Below are positions 37,101 through 51,635 of a DNA stretch of 64,000 bases, one piece after another. The notes below the pieces were generated by a model. It was given only the letters and a program-made list of their open reading frames with translations, had not been told where the DNA came from and did no database searches. Source of the stretch: Octopus vulgaris (taxonomy: Eukaryota); contig OX597816.1 of NCBI GenBank assembly GCA_951406725.2, positions 174,282,001 to 174,346,000 on the forward strand, given 5' to 3'. Each line of letters begins with the position of its first letter. The first letter of the stretch is position 1. The translations under genes were made by a program, and so were the position numbers.

Positions 37101-39675
37101 TCTCAGTTATGACCCTAACATTCACATCTCTCATCTTATTACCCATGACACTTGCTTACTCACTCACTCTCTGCTTCTTTTTCTTTCTCTAGTTTCTCCC
37201 CAAATCTTCTATATTATCTGAACACATTCACTGTTATACTCCCACGACCTACAAACCTTTCATTTCTTCAATGACTTTCTGAACCCTCAACATCCTCATC
37301 TACTTTCTTTCTTGTGCAGGTTCCCTTTCTCTCAAATTTTCCACCCCTGTTTGCCCTTATAAGCACCCAATACACTTAATAAAGTGCTTGGCATTGTAAA
37401 GAGCATCCAGTTATAAAAGCCATGGAGAAGCAGACACTAGATCCTGTCAAACTGTCCAACAAATGCCATCATGGAGAGAGGATGTTGTATGAGAAATATA
37501 TATATATATATATATCAATATACGCATATTTCCAACCCTATGTCACCCTGGCCTCATCCCTGACATTGCACAGCTCTCACGTACCCCCCCACACACACTT
37601 CTACCAATTATCTCTCTAACCCACTCCTATTTCCACTACCTTACTAATCACCACTAACTGATATTCACTATTGACCATGCTTCCACTCATGTTCACCTTT
37701 ATCCCATCTCTATCCATCTGCTACTCTTTTCTCATGAATTACCTACCCATTCACATGGTCTGATTTTCTATTTACCTATCTTATATTCACCTTCCTGTAT
37801 CTTGAGGACACACCATGATACCTCATCAGTAACATCTCTTTTTCCAACTAGAGTAGCTACTGTCTCTTTTCTAAAAGACACCTGCTCCTGTCTATCCTGG
37901 TTTAATTTCTCATTGCCTGGCATAAAGCCCTATAGTAGAAGACACCTGCCCAAGGTGCTACTCAGTGGGACTGAACCCAGAACCATGCAGTTGGAAAGTA
38001 AGCTACTTACCAGACAGCCATGCCTGTGTGCATATATATATATATAAATCATGTGCATGTAAGTATATTATATATATTTATATATTCAGATACACATGAA
38101 TGTATATATTATATATTACATACATATATATGTATGTGTATGAATATATTGCACACACTCATACACTTTTGACATCTCTCGTAAACACCGAGTAAAATCA
38201 TTGACACTACAAACTTTTGTATTTTAAAAGAGAAATCAATTTGTCATGAACATTTAAATGCCAGATCAATAGTCTTTATACTTCAAACACCGAATTTGAA
38301 TAAGTGCTTTGAGTTAAATATGAGAATGATTAAGAAAAATAGTTTTTATTATATTATTAATGACAATTTAATTTTTAGTGACTTTAATGGTTTATTTCAG
38401 TTGGTCATCATTCAGAGACAAGATTTGTACAAAAAGTAGAAAACATTGAGAAGTAAGGAGAGAAAGGGAGTATCTCCTACCTTCTATGTTAATTTCTTTG
38501 TTTCTTAATCTTTCATTCATGTTTTTTAACTATTGTTTTAAGTTTGGTATCAAAATCTTTAAGGCTGCCAATAATTCTCAAATTTCACACAAACTATCGC
38601 TATGACCAATAACAACGAGAAACCAGTGGCTAGAATCCTGTATTTTACTTGCTAATTAAGGGATTCTGAAGTTTGTGTGTATGTTTAATTTTTAAAGAAC
38701 ACATTCTGAAAAAAATTCATCTTGTTTTAAAAGTTTGTACTGCATTGGATGTATAAAGATAAATTAATTTAGAAAATAATACAAAATCTATTTGAAACAT
38801 ATTTTTATAAATAATGTTGTTGATTGAGGCAGCTTCTACTGCTCATTTAGTAAAAGCAAAACATATTTAACCTTTTGTCAATTTATTACCAGATATATGG
38901 CACAAGCTAATCTAAAGCTCTCAGTAATACAGCAGTGCTAATAATGATTCCTTCCATTAGCAAAAAGCCAGTGTCAAAAACAATAATAATGATCATAATA
39001 ATAATAAACAATATATAATAGAAGCATAATTAATGTGTTGTAGGATTATGAGCAACTCTTCAAAATATTTAGATAACATCATAAAACAAAATAATTCTTT
39101 GACACAGTTTGAAAATATTTAGGATAATAAAAAAGATGTTTACATGGTTTTCAATTCTATATCTTTGTTTTTTTTTTAACCCTCTAATTTTAGAAAGATA
39201 TCTAAGAAATTTGTTGACACAAATCAGATTTCTTAATCTAAATTTGTTTTCCTTTGTTGATTAATATTGATTATTACAAAACACTTAAAATTGAAGATAG
39301 AGTTTAAGACCTAAACATGTTGCTTGTGTAGGAATATTCTTGGAATTCAACTTTCAAACATTTTTCTGGATTAAAAGATAATCTCATAAAAAATTCAAAT
39401 TTCAATCTTAGATTTATAATACTATGCACTTGAAAACCAGAAGAGGAAGTATATAATGTATATCTGTTGGTGTCTGTTATTATTTTTAGTGAGTGTGTGT
39501 GTGTGTGTGTGTGCGTGCGTATGTGTTTGTGTGAATAATAAAACTTTAATTTGAAAATGATTGTGAATGTCTTAAAACATCAGTTTAAAGGATTTAGGGA
39601 GTTGTTTATGTTTCAAACCAAACAAAGAGATATTAGGATATGAAATATCTAATATAACATGTTTCAAAGAGAAGC

Positions 39676-39739
<64 letters not shown>

Positions 39740-39741
<2 letters not shown>

Positions 39742-39925
39742 TAGCAGTATCGCCTGGCGTTGCTCGGGTTTGTAAGGGAAATAACTATATAAGCATTTTT
39801 AGAGATGTAAAGTATAATAGCCATCTCAATATGGCTAACCACAAAGGGGGAGGGGGTTTGCTGTAGCTTTTTACTTTCTGAGATTTAATAATAAATTTTT
39901 AGAGAGTTACTTCCCTTATATAATA
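39740..39925 (+). mobile_element. Short non-autonomous Helitron/Helentron-like element in a TA microsatellite
   Basis: ACTAGCAGTATCGCCTGGCGTTGCTCGGG start with a short GC hairpin and inverted subterminal AAGGGAA.TAACT motifs. Confidence 0.45.
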
Positions 39926-41789
39926 TCTGAGATCAGTTGTTCTAAATAGAATTATAATGTTTTTGAATACTTATCCCTTCTCAAGAGATGAAACTTAGCA
40001 TAGATGTAAATATTAAAAAAAGATTTTTGCTTCAAATGATAAAATTTTAATCTGAAAAATTACAGTATATTCAAAGGAAAGAAAAAGTTGCTGCAACATG
40101 ACAACATTAAGAAAGAAGTGAACACGTGTCTGAATGTGTAACTGTAAACAATTGGTAACAACTATTTTTAGAAATGAGTTGACTTTTCCAAGAGATTTTG
40201 GTTTATCACAATTAATAATAATAATAATGAAATTATTGTATACAGTGCTCAGGTGCACCACAACTTGTCAGAAAGTGCATATAAAGTACATGCAGTAATG
40301 TAATGTATGAGTCAGATACATGCTTGTGTGTGTATGGAGGGGAGAAAATCAGGTGTAGTGTTGGCTTTTGTTTCTTTCCAGTAGATACGAATTTGTTTTC
40401 TGAAATATTAGCCACTGCCTGGCATCCATTTTAACCTGCTAACATGTTAAATAGGTTTTTGCAAGTTCAAAATTTTTTATATTGTTAAAACAATTGTTTA
40501 TGCAGTCGGTCACTTCTTATTGCTAATAAATGAACTGTAAGCTGTAAAACAAGCAGAGTTATTTGTGTTGACTAAAAGCTGTAGTAAGATTCAAACTTAT
40601 CATAACCAAACCACATATGGTCATAAAAGACATACATACACACATACAGATATATATCATCATCATCATCATCATTGTTTAACGGCCGCTTTCCATGCTA
40701 ACATGGATGAGACTGTTTCACAAGAGCCAGCCAGGCAGAAGCCTGCACCAGATTTCTGTGACTGTTTTGGCAGGATTTTTACAGCTGGATGCCCTTCCTG
40801 ACACTAACCATGCAGCAGAGTAGACTTAGTGCTTTTTACATGGCACAAGCATACGGGAGGTCAGTATTGGCAAGGCTTTTACAGCTGAATGTCATTCCGA
40901 ATACCTACCACTTTACAGTGTTGACTGGGTGCTTATAAGTGGCGCCTGCACTGACAGGGTCACCAAATACTTGCAAGACAAAAAAAAACTTTCAAGAGGG
41001 GAGGGGGCATTGGAGGAGGTGATCTTGTGCCAGAGGATGAAAGGTTATAGTGAGACAGAGAGACAGAAACAGGTGTCTTGTTGTAGAGACAGTACAAGGT
41101 GAGACACAGAGAGAGAGAGATATTAGGAATGCAGACAGAAACATGTGAGTTACTGCAAAAGAAATACATGTTACCTAACTTGAGAGAAGTGCAGGAGAAG
41201 GAGAGAGAGAGAGTGGGAGACAATAGGATAGAGATGGTGGCTAAATGCCAGGCATACTCACAAGGGCCAGGGATCAAGATGGTTGAGTAAAGGAAGAGAA
41301 ATATATAGATGGTGGCAAGTGCCAGGGCATATACTTGAGATTTGAATGCCATAATATAAGTGGCAGGATATTGCGAAAGAAGTATGATTAAAGAGTGCAG
41401 GGGGGTGGTGGCAATATATAGAGTCGGGGGGGGGACTACTGGATAGTAATGATACAGAGAAACAGGGTCATGAGGACAGGATTGGAGAGAGAGCTAGGCA
41501 TAGTGCATGGAGGAAATGTGAGGAAAAGAAGAGATGTGGAGATGTAGATTGGTTTGTTGGGGTAGGGTGAGTGAAAAGTTTTCTTGTTACATGTGGGTGG
41601 AACACACAGGTTGGGGGCAAACGGAAAGCAATGACACAGTGGCACAGGGCCAAGAGAGCAGGATTGGGAGGTAAGCATAGTGCATGAAGCAGAAATGTAA
41701 GGAAGAGAGGAGATATAGTTTATTTTGTTGTGATAGTGTGAGAAGTTTTCTTGTTCAGTGTGAGTGGGACACAGTACTTCTAGAATTCA

Positions 41790-42640
41790 GTTTCACTGAC
41801 GTGGGTGGGTCTTCTCTAGAAGTTCGTATCGCCAAACATCTTGGTCCAGTGTCATTTCCTCCATGAGGTCCAACATCCTGAGATCGGTCCTTACCACTTT
41901 ATCCCATGTCTTCCTGGGTCTCCCTCTTCCACGGGTAACATCCACTTTCAATGATCGGCACTTCTTTATGCAGCTGTCCTCATTCATACGCATCACATGT
42001 CTGAATCAACGTAGTCTTCTCTCTTGCATGTTACATTTGATTCCTCTTATGCCTAACTTTTCTCTCAATACGTTTGCACTTTGCTGTACATGTGCACTGA
42101 TGTTGCACATCCAACAGAGCATATTACCTTCACTTCTTTACAGTCTACGCATGTCTTCTACATTCAGAGCCCATATCTCACTATCATGGAATATAGCTGT
42201 TCACACACAAGCATCATTTCGTCTACCTTTCACTCTGAGAGAGAATCATTTTGCTGCCAACAGAGGCAATAGCTCTGTGAACTTCCTCTACCCAATTCTT
42301 ATTCTACAAACAATACTTTCACAGCATCCTCCACCATTGCTAATTGGTCACCTAGGTAACAGAAAATACCTACAACCTCAAGGGAGCCTCCTGTGCATTT
42401 GAGAAAATATAAGTTGTGTGTACTGCTAGTGCTTATTGTTCCTGAACATCTGTCACATACAAAGATGACTTTATCTGTTAATCTACCTGTGATTACGCGT
42501 CCATAGTTTACACCGGGTGCACTGAATGGAATTTCTGCCAAATCCTTTCCTACATATTGAGCAGAGTTATTTACTTCACGGAAAGAGAGTTTTATCTTCT
42601 TTCTTACTAACAACAACTTTGGTCTTCGCTAGATTAACTT
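41790..42640 (-). mobile_element. RTE LINE 3' ORF fragment
   Basis: RGRGRPRKTWDKVVRTDL and FCYLGD. Confidence 0.85.
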
Positions 42641-45600
42641 TTAATGTGAATTAAAATGATATCTATCACTCACTGGATGGAGTACTTTTTTTTGTTATTT
42701 CTACCTATATAGGATCTATAAACAATGCATGTGTGTGTGTGTATATATTTGCATATCATGCTGAGTGAGCTTTGAAAGACAGATCACTTTGAATGTATAC
42801 CATTGTGTGACTGAGTAGAACAGAGCCCTTTAACAATCAGACTGATTGTTGAAGAGGCTCTAGGAAAATATAATATATAACTGGCTGAAGCATTAAATGC
42901 AATGTTTTATGTTGAAATAAAAATTTCTCAGACAAGCATGATTTGTTTACAATTCCCCCACACCCCGTCCAAATACGCAACCTCCATTCAATTACTATTA
43001 ATTTTGCTATTGTAGGATAGATGCTACTATAAGAGTAGAAAGGAAGGAGGCATTGTTAGGAGGGTGAGGTTTAAATAAATTTTATGAACAATCTAAATTT
43101 CATATCAGGCTAGCAGGAATTATTGACAATATTAAGAGAATACAGATATATTAGATTGGGTATTTTAAGAAATAAGAATAGCAAAACCATACAGCTAAAG
43201 AGAGCGAGAGAGAGAGAGTGTGTGTGTGTGTGTGTGTGTGTGCGTGCATGAGAGCTACCTAACAACAAATAAGTTAATTGTCCACAATCAGTTTTAAATG
43301 ACAGATATTAATTGTACGATATAAATGTATGTTCCAAAAGCCACATTGAATATATTGTATGTATGTGTGTATGTGCATATATACACAAATACACTGCACA
43401 CACATCAATGAATAAAGAAATCATTGAATGTTTCTCTTGTTTGCAAGAAAAGTAAGTATGAATGTGGTGGAAAGGAATTCCAAGAAGTTGTTGGACTAGA
43501 CAAAGGGTTATGTACAAGATCTGGGAGGTGAGTCAATGAAGTAATGCAAGATAAAGATGGGTAGATTGGGTGTGTCTGAGTGGAGAAGCTGTGCTTTTGG
43601 TTCGTTAAAAAAGAGCAGTGACCATTAAAGAGGCAAAGAGAGAAAACTATGTTTCATGAGCCAGAAGTTGAAGCATGCTAGTGACTGAATCTTTTCAAAA
43701 TCAGTTGAACAGATTTCTTTGAAATGCATCCTGGGATGTAAGTATGTGCAGCAATAGCAATGTCTCTTATATGTGTGCTGTACTCCAAAGTAGCTTTGTA
43801 GAACATCAGCAACTTATCAGGGGTCAAGTATTACCTGGCCTTAAAAAGGAATTCTAATCTTTGTAATGGCAGTTTTAGTTATATATATATATATTGTAAA
43901 TTTTTTTTGAAAGGAGGTATTTTTTTTTATTAATGATAAAATGGAAAGTATAACAGTAAAAAATATGGGTAAAATAGAAAAAATATCTTAAAAAAGGTTT
44001 ATTTTTTATTCTTAAAATGGACACAGAAACATTAAATTTCAAAACACTGAGATTAAAGAGATAACATAGGGAGTGTAAAAGCATTTTTTAATAGATATCA
44101 CAATATATACATGAGGCACACCATGTGTCATTTTAAAATATACTTTAAAAAAAGCATTTAGGTCAGTTCAAATACAATGAAAAAAGTTTTCAAAAAAAGA
44201 TTAAGTAAAATGATAATAATGAAGTTCTTTCACACACACATGTACACGAGGTTAATAATTGCCATAGAGAACATATGCAAGCAACTGAATCTATCTTAGT
44301 ATATATTACTGGTATATATTTTATCAATCTGGGATGTTTGAAAAGCAATGTAAGATATAAAAGTTGGTACTGCAAGAAATAGAATTAAACACTGTCATGA
44401 ATTTAGTCCAGAGTTCTACTGGTTTAACACTCTTTATCACACTCAATGTAATAATGATTGTTTCTAACATAAGTAGAAGCCTTGAAAATTGGAGGAACAC
44501 AAGTTCTTGACTGATACTATATTTTATTGCTGCCCACCCCCAAGACAAAATTGATCCCTGCGGGATTTGAACACAGAATGTAAATCACTGAAACAAATAC
44601 TGCAAGGCATTTTTTTTCCACTGCTTACTTTTGTCACTCAATCAGCCCTATAATAATAGCTTCTGATTTAGGCAAAAGGCCAACAATTTTGAGGGGAGGG
44701 GGCCCGTTGAAACTATCAATAACAGTATTTGACTGGTACTTTATATCATCAAACCCTAAAAGGATGAAAGGCAAAGTTGACCTTTGCAATAGTGGAAGCC
44801 AGAACATAAGGTGTCAGAACAAATACTACATATCATTTTATCTGACACAAATCATTGTCAATCTACCAGCCTTATAATTATAACACTAATACTAATGACT
44901 AAGTTCTGAGCTATTTTATAACAAAGCTGATAAAACTTCTTCTTTTAGCTTCATCTTAGTACATTATTTTTTGTTTTTACTCTAGGCACAAGACCTGAAA
45001 TTTTGGGGGAGGGGGCAGTCAATTAGATTAACCCCTGTATACAACTGGTACTTAATTTATCAACCCTCGAAAGGATGAAAGGCAGAGTCAACCTTGGCGG
45101 AATTTGAACTCAGGACGTAAAGACAGATGAAATGCCGCTAAGCATTTCATCCGGCATGCTAACATTTCTGCCAGCTCACCGCCTTTATCTCAGTATATTA
45201 TTATTACTCTACTGATTTCATAACTGAAGAAGTGAATGATTTGGTAAATCTCAGCAGTATAGGATCAGAAAACAATGAAGTACCAAATCTAAATAACAAA
45301 TCACTCAGCCCCATCTCTAACTGTTTCACTCATCTCTGGCAATAATATTTTTGAGGAGAGGAAGAGAACAGTTCATTATATTGACCTTGGTTATTGAATG
45401 GTACTTATTTTATTGACCCCAGAAGGATTAAAGGCAAAGTTGACCCAAACAGGATTTGAACTCAGAATATAAAGGGATGCAACTAAATGCTACAAGATAT
45501 TTAGTCCATCATTCTATCAATTCTAACAATCTAGCCTTCTAACAATAGGAATTTTAATAAGAATATGGTATAAATTTATAAAAATAGATTAGAGCTCAAA

Positions 45601-46508
45601 ATTAAGTAATTAAAAAGCTATAATATTTTCTTATAAAGCCATGTAACTCAAATCAAAAGATATTAGAAGTTGTAACATAAATGCATTTCCTAAAGACGAA
45701 GTAGTTCCAACATCAAGTCATGTGTCTAGTGTTTGTCATAAGAAATGATAATTCTTTCTATTTTAGGTACAACACCTGGAACTTTGTGGAAAGGGGCTAG
45801 TCAATTATATTGAACCTAGTGATCAACTGGTACTTTATTTTATCAACCCTAAAACGATGAATGGCAAAGTCAACCCTGGCAGTATTTGAAACCAGAATGT
45901 CAAGTCAGAAGAAATGCTGCTTAGCATTTTTTATGACATACTATCAATTCTGCCAGCTCACCACCTTGAGAAGAAAAAGAAATAATAATAATAATAATCC
46001 TTTCTACTATATCACAAGACCTGAAATTTGGGAGGGAACTAGTCGGTTACATTGACCCCAGTATTTAACTGGTGCTTAATTTATCAACCCCATGAGGATG
46101 AAAGACAAAGTCGACCTTGGCAGAATTTGAACTCAAAACATAGTAGCAGATGAAATAGTGCTCAGCATTTTGCCCAGCGGACTAACTGTCCTGCCAGCTC
46201 GCTGTCTTAATAATAATAATAATAAAGAATGTTTTCTATGATTTTCTGAAGTGATTTCTAATGTAATGCAATAATAATGGTTTCAAATTTTGGCCAGTAA
46301 TTTTAGGGAGAGGAGTTGGTCAATTACATCAACCCCAGTACTTGTACTTGACTGGTACTTATTTTACTGACCCCAAAGAATGAAAAAGGTAAAGTTGATG
46401 TTGGTGGAATTTTTAATTCACAATAAAGAGCTGGAATAAATGCTAAGAATTTTGACTGGTATGGTAACAATTCTGCCAGCTTACCACCATAACAACAACA
46501 ACAACCAC

Positions 46509-46561
<53 letters not shown>

Positions 46562-46677
46562 TGATGATGATGAAAATAACCACAAATTAATTGTCTTTAA
46601 ATGTGTCAGGTACAATTTGAAGAAAAAAGTAAAGTAAAAGATAGAGGATATTTTTTATAAGAAGTTTATGAAAATAA

Positions 46678-46860
46678 TCAGATAGCCATGAAATCAGTTT
46701 TGTTGGTGATTTCAATGAGTAACTTGCCAGGACGTTGAATGTCTCCTTCTTTTCCACGCCCAAAGAGCTCCACTTCTTTAATTGTTCTATCACATTCGTC
46801 TATTGTAGTGAACACATGCTTCCCCATGTATTCATCTTTCAGCAGATTGTTGTTCCAGAT
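46678..46860 (-). CDS. CAPN5: Calpain-5 terminal coding exon
   Basis: TTTTTGCAG acceptor, then IWNNNLLKDEYMGKHVFTTIDECDRTIKEVELFGRGKEGDIQRPGKLLIEITNKTDFMAI-TGA; resembles the recalled CAPN5 C-terminus (VWNH..KDEFLG..LMAV). Confidence 0.92.
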   Translation of the reverse strand: MWNNNLLKDEYMGKHVFTTIDECDRTIKEVELFGRGKEGDIQRPGKLLIEITNKTDFMAI

Positions 46861-46934
46861 CTGCAAAAATAGATGAGGTACACAATAAGCAAAATATACT
46901 GCTATATATATAATACAACTTGTATGTGCAAGTG

Positions 46935-46975
<41 letters not shown>

Positions 46976-47065
46976 TAATAAATAAAATATATGCATACAT
47001 ACATACATATATGTACGTACCTACATCTACATGTATATATACATGCATATATAAATATATATACG

Positions 47066-47232
47066 TGAGTACAGGACACCACAAATGGACGTAGAACTCA
47101 ACAAGAAACGAAAACGTAAAAACAAATGTGGAAACGGACCTAAATGAAAAAAACAGAGTACAAGACAAACTACACAAGGAAAAATCCCCTTCATCAGCTG
47201 TCCCTAGTTCAACTCCAGCGTGTTTCGAAGGT

Positions 47233-47238
<6 letters not shown>
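47066..47238 (-). mobile_element. Probable PLE pLTR remnant within a TA microsatellite
   Basis: Unique block between (TA)n tracts containing CGAAAC and CTGATGA on the minus strand. Confidence 0.5.
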
Positions 47239-47279
<41 letters not shown>

Positions 47280-47651
47280 TATATACGCACACACAACAAA
47301 TATCAAAGAAAGGGGTTAGCAGATCATTTTAATACTTCATTTACAATCATTTCATAATTATTCAATACAATCCATCTTGGATAATGCTATAGTCATTCTG
47401 ACAACTACACATTAATTTTCATGTGCTATGTAGGAATTCTTTTATTAACACATGTTGAACACGATCCTTCAGAATTCTGAAAAAAAATGATTGGCTATGA
47501 AATTATCTAAATACACGACAAGGAACAAATGAATGCAAGAAATCAAGTGGGCAGCATCTTTTGATGAGATAACTATCTGCCCTAATAAACACCAGGGGTA
47601 AATACCAGAGTTATATATCCCTACCCGTTATATATATATATATATACATAT

Positions 47652-48131
47652 AAATGTCCTGAACGCCTTACTTCCCTGGGCATGGACACATTGAAACTCT
47701 GACGTCTGGCAGCTGACTTGGCAGACACCCATAAAATTATCAACCATCGTACAAACAATAACTCTGAGCACCTCTTCAAACTCCACCCATCTAACACCCG
47801 TGGACATATTTACAAAGTAAGAGAACAGCACAGCTCCCATGACTTCAGGAAACATTTTTTCATGCTGAGAGTTGCTGAAGCATGGAACAAACTGCCGGCA
47901 TCGGTTGTTAGTTGTCAGAGCACTGCATCCTTCAAAACTTCCATGCTTCCTGAGATTCGCCAACACTACACCTGATTTTCTCCCCTCCATAAACACACAA
48001 GCATGTATCTGACTCATACACTGTTCACTTTCCAGACATTTCTACATTACTGCATGTACTTTATATGCACTTTCTGACAAGTTGTGGTGCACCTGAGCAC
48101 TGTATACAATAATTTCATTATTATTATTATA
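47652..48131 (+). mobile_element. CR1 LINE 3' end
   Basis: NTRGHIYK..FRKHFFMLRVAEAWNKLP, then GTGCACCTGAGCAC hairpin and (ATT)n tail; other copies at 58715-59110, 40217-40300 and 35690-35733. Confidence 0.88.
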
Positions 48132-48352
48132 TTTAAATAGGCAAGTATCTTCTACAATATCCTTGAGTGGATTTTGTAGACAGAAATTGAAAGCAGCTCA
48201 TTGTTTATGTATGTGCATTTGTCTTCCAAACACCCTGTATATATGAGGGGAAAATGAAAGCACTCAATAGTATTTGTGCAAATTCTGACTACTTGTGTGT
48301 GTGTGTGTGTGTGTGTATGTGTGTGTGTGTGTGTGTGTATACATATACAGTT

Positions 48353-48685
48353 AAGGTGCATGGCTCAGTGGTTAGAGCTTCGAGCTTATGACTGTCAGGT
48401 TGTGAGTTCGAATCACAGACCGGGCTGCATGTTGTGTTCTTGAGCAAGAAACTTCATTTCACATTGCTCCAGTTTACTCAGCTGTAGAAATGAGTTGCGA
48501 CATCACTGGTGCCAAGCTGTATTGGCCTTTGCCTTTCCCTTAGGTAACATTGGTGACGTGGAGAGGGGAGGCTGGTATGCACGGTTGACTGCTGGTCTTC
48601 CATAAACAACCTTGCCCAGACTTGTGCCTGGGAGGGTAACTTTCTAGGTGCAATCCCATGGTCATTCACGACCAAAGGGAGTCTC
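48353..48685 (+). mobile_element. tRNA-derived SINE family D
   Basis: TGGCTCAGTGG A-box, GAGTTCGAATC B-box, CTTGAGCAAG central domain. Confidence 0.8.
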
Positions 48686-48896
48686 CGATACATACACACA
48701 CACGTACACAATTTTGGCTGAGTCAGTCTCTTGGTACTCTGAATATCACCTGTGGATGCAAAGGGTCTTAAGGCAAAATTCTGAGTACCCACAGGTGTAA
48801 CTCAGAGTAGCAAGAGATTAACTCAACCAAAATAAAATATCAATCTCTACTCCATCCCATGCAGCAGGGGGAGGTTGTTTTTTTTTTTATACAAAG

Positions 48897-49048
48897 GCAA
48901 AACATGCCACCCCCTCAAAATAAGGGTAGACAAACATCGCAAAGCTGTGACATAAGGAGATTTTTCAGCTGATATCCCCTCCAACCTTCATCAGGTGTCT
49001 TGGGGAAATTTTGAACCTAGGTTCTCATTCCTAAGGTATTTTCCGATG

Positions 49049-49084
<36 letters not shown>

Positions 49085-49157
49085 CCACTGCTTGGAATCG
49101 AAGTCGGAATCTTGGGGTTAGTAGCCCACGCTCTTAACCACTACGCCATATGCCCAT
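48897..49157 (-). mobile_element. tRNA-derived SINE family E
   Basis: Minus strand GGGCATATGGCGTAGTGGTTAAG...TTCGATTCC followed by (AAT)n. Confidence 0.7.
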
Positions 49158-50210
49158 GGGCATGTATGGAGTCCAATAATACTATATTTGTTCCACGTCC
49201 TCGTGTTGTGTTTTTTTGTGTTTTCTTGTTTGGATTAACTATATATATGTGTACATCTATACGTATTATATATATATATGTGTACGCATTATATATACAA
49301 CTTATACACATACACACACACACATATATATACACACACACACACATATATATATAAATACAGATATATACACACACATATATATAAATACAGATATATA
49401 TACACACATATATATAAATACAGATATATATACACTTTGTATATATATATACATTATATACACATATTTATTTATAGATACGCACACACACACACACACA
49501 TGTATAAATTAACCCAATAAATATCTGATGCATAATATTTGTTCTCATGATTGTGTGATGGTAGTGGGCAATAATAATTCACCGTTGTAAAAGACCTGTG
49601 ACGGGAATATTCAAACTTTTGCAGCTGCTAAACCTTTCTCTCTATGAATGCAGACAGACGTACAGAGAGAGAGGCGGTGGGAGAGTGACAGAGCCGGAAA
49701 AGGTGGCGGGGGAAAGAGAGTGGAAGCTGTCATACGTCGTTATAGAGAGAATGTGGAGGGAAGGGAGGAAAGAGAGAGATCGAGGAAGAGAGGGTGATAT
49801 CTGAAAGAGAGAAATGACAAACACTTGTCTAAGTTTGGGTTTTGTTGCCCTAGTAACCACAGTTTTTGAGATAGGGGTTTCTAACCTAGTCCAGTCGCTT
49901 CCTCGCCTCTTTTTACATGTCCCTGTAAATTTTGGAGCCAATCTGACCCCATCTACCAGCCCTTAAACCATTTCCATCCCAAAATGAGACAACTTTTTCA
50001 CATATCAGCTTTATAGATATTGATTTGTGCATTGTGTTCTGTGGTGGATATGCATATATCTTTCTGTAACTAAATGTAAGATCAAACACCTACCAAATGA
50101 GAGGCAATGATAAAAATAACTGACATGACAAATGAGAAAAGGCAGCTCTGTGACTCAGCACCCTCTTTAATATACAAGATAAAAAATATATAAGATAAAA
50201 GTTAAATGCT

Positions 50211-50633
50211 ATTAGGCACAGGAGTGGCTGTGTGGTAAGTAGCTTGTTTACCAACCACATGGTTCCGGGTTCAGTCCCACTGCATAGCACCTTGAGCAAG
50301 TGTCTTCTACTATAGCCTCAGGCCGACCAAAGCCTTGTGAGTGGATTTGGTAGATGGAAACTGAAAAGAAGCCCGTTGTATATATGTATATATATATTAT
50401 ATATATATATGCGTGTGTGTGTTTGTGTGTCTGTGGTTGTCCCCCTAGCATTGCTTGACAACCGATGCTGGTGTGTTTATGTCCCCGTTACTTAGCGGTT
50501 CGGCAAAAGAGACCGAAAGAATAAGTACTGGGCTTACAAAAGAATAAGTCCCGGGGTCGAGTTGCTCGATTAAAGGCGGTGCTCCAGCATGGCTGCAGTC
50601 AAATGACTGAAACAATTAAAAGAGTAAAAGAGT
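50211..50633 (+). mobile_element. tRNA-derived SINE family A in the last CAPN5 intron
   Basis: Full-length copy ending about 70 bp from the exon donor. Confidence 0.92.
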
Positions 50634-50705
50634 AGAATAATGAAAACCAATAGACATAACTAAAATTCAGTTTTCCAATTTATAAAATTATCTACTCAAA
50701 CTTAC

Positions 50706-50845
50706 CTGTACTTTTAGTGGAGATTTGTCTGGATTTCTTCGATAGAAAATAGCAGAACTATTGAAGTCTGGGTCTGTGGTGTCTTTAACCACTTTGGTAT
50801 AAACTTTTTCTCTTTCACAGGAGATAACACAGTATGGATCAGCAC
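50706..50845 (-). CDS. CAPN5: Calpain-5 exon, C2 domain
   Basis: 140-nt exon, CAG acceptor and GTAAG donor; encodes GADPYCVISCEREKVYTKVVKDTTDPDFNSSAIFYRRNPDKSPLKVQ (C2 motif DPY). Confidence 0.92.
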
Positions 50846-51539
50846 CTGGTCAGGTAAATAAACAAGGTTTTACTCAACAATGGTGATATGTGATCATAGG
50901 AAACTGGACAAAAAATTAAATTGTAGGTCACATCCAAATTACACAAAGGCACTATTTGAATCAACTATGAGGCTACTTGATCTGCAAGAAAATATAAGTG
51001 AAATTCCTTTCAAATCACATTCAATTGGCTTAAGAAATTAAGGACACATTACAAACTGTAGTGCTTGATATGTTGTGTCTGAAACAGTAACAGCTTTTGA
51101 TTTTTAGATCTGTTCAGTCAGAGGTAAGACATCAGCAAAGAATCAGTTGTAAACAAGTCAACTCTGGCAATCAAAAGTTATATATGAACAAATTCTAGGT
51201 TAAATGGTTGAGTAACTCTAAGTAGCTCTGTTCGTCATTGGTAAGCAATTACAGACAATTCTAAACAAGATCTACTCTATAGTTGCTAAAAGTTTAAATT
51301 GACTAATCTTATCTGAGTTATCTCCTTTGCTTGTTAAATTTTAAACATCACTAGAAAGTTTTTATTTTCTAATTGCAAAGTTGATGCTTTACTGCATCTA
51401 TTACATACGATTTGCTGCAACCACCTCTGATCATCATTTTTAAGTAACCACATTTGTTGTACATTTCTTATCTTTGAATAATCTCCTAGTAACTGATTAT
51501 TACCATTACATTCCCTTAACTCCTTACTTTGGATAGCCT

Positions 51540-51635
51540 TGTAAGAAATATGAACGCATGTGGTCGCATTGTGTAGGGAATACGATCGCACATGGTCATA
51601 TTTCTTACACTGGTGACCCCGACGTGATATGATCA
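51540..51635 (+). mobile_element. Micro-insertion: palindromic 70-bp LTR-like unit plus tRNA-Trp PBS
   Basis: TGTAAGAAATATGA...TCATATTTCTTACA, C, TGGTGACCCCGACGTGAT, ATGATCA; GCCT on both flanks. Confidence 0.75.

Noticed and set aside
34110-44500. Additional host gene between CAPN5 and PEX11
   Set aside because: No recognisable coding exons; AT-rich unique sequence that could be UTR or intergenic and cannot be resolved by eye.
48353-48425. Possible true tRNA genes at SINE heads (also 12258, 25601, 49157)
   Set aside because: A/B boxes are present, but there is no convincing cloverleaf and each continues into a SINE body.
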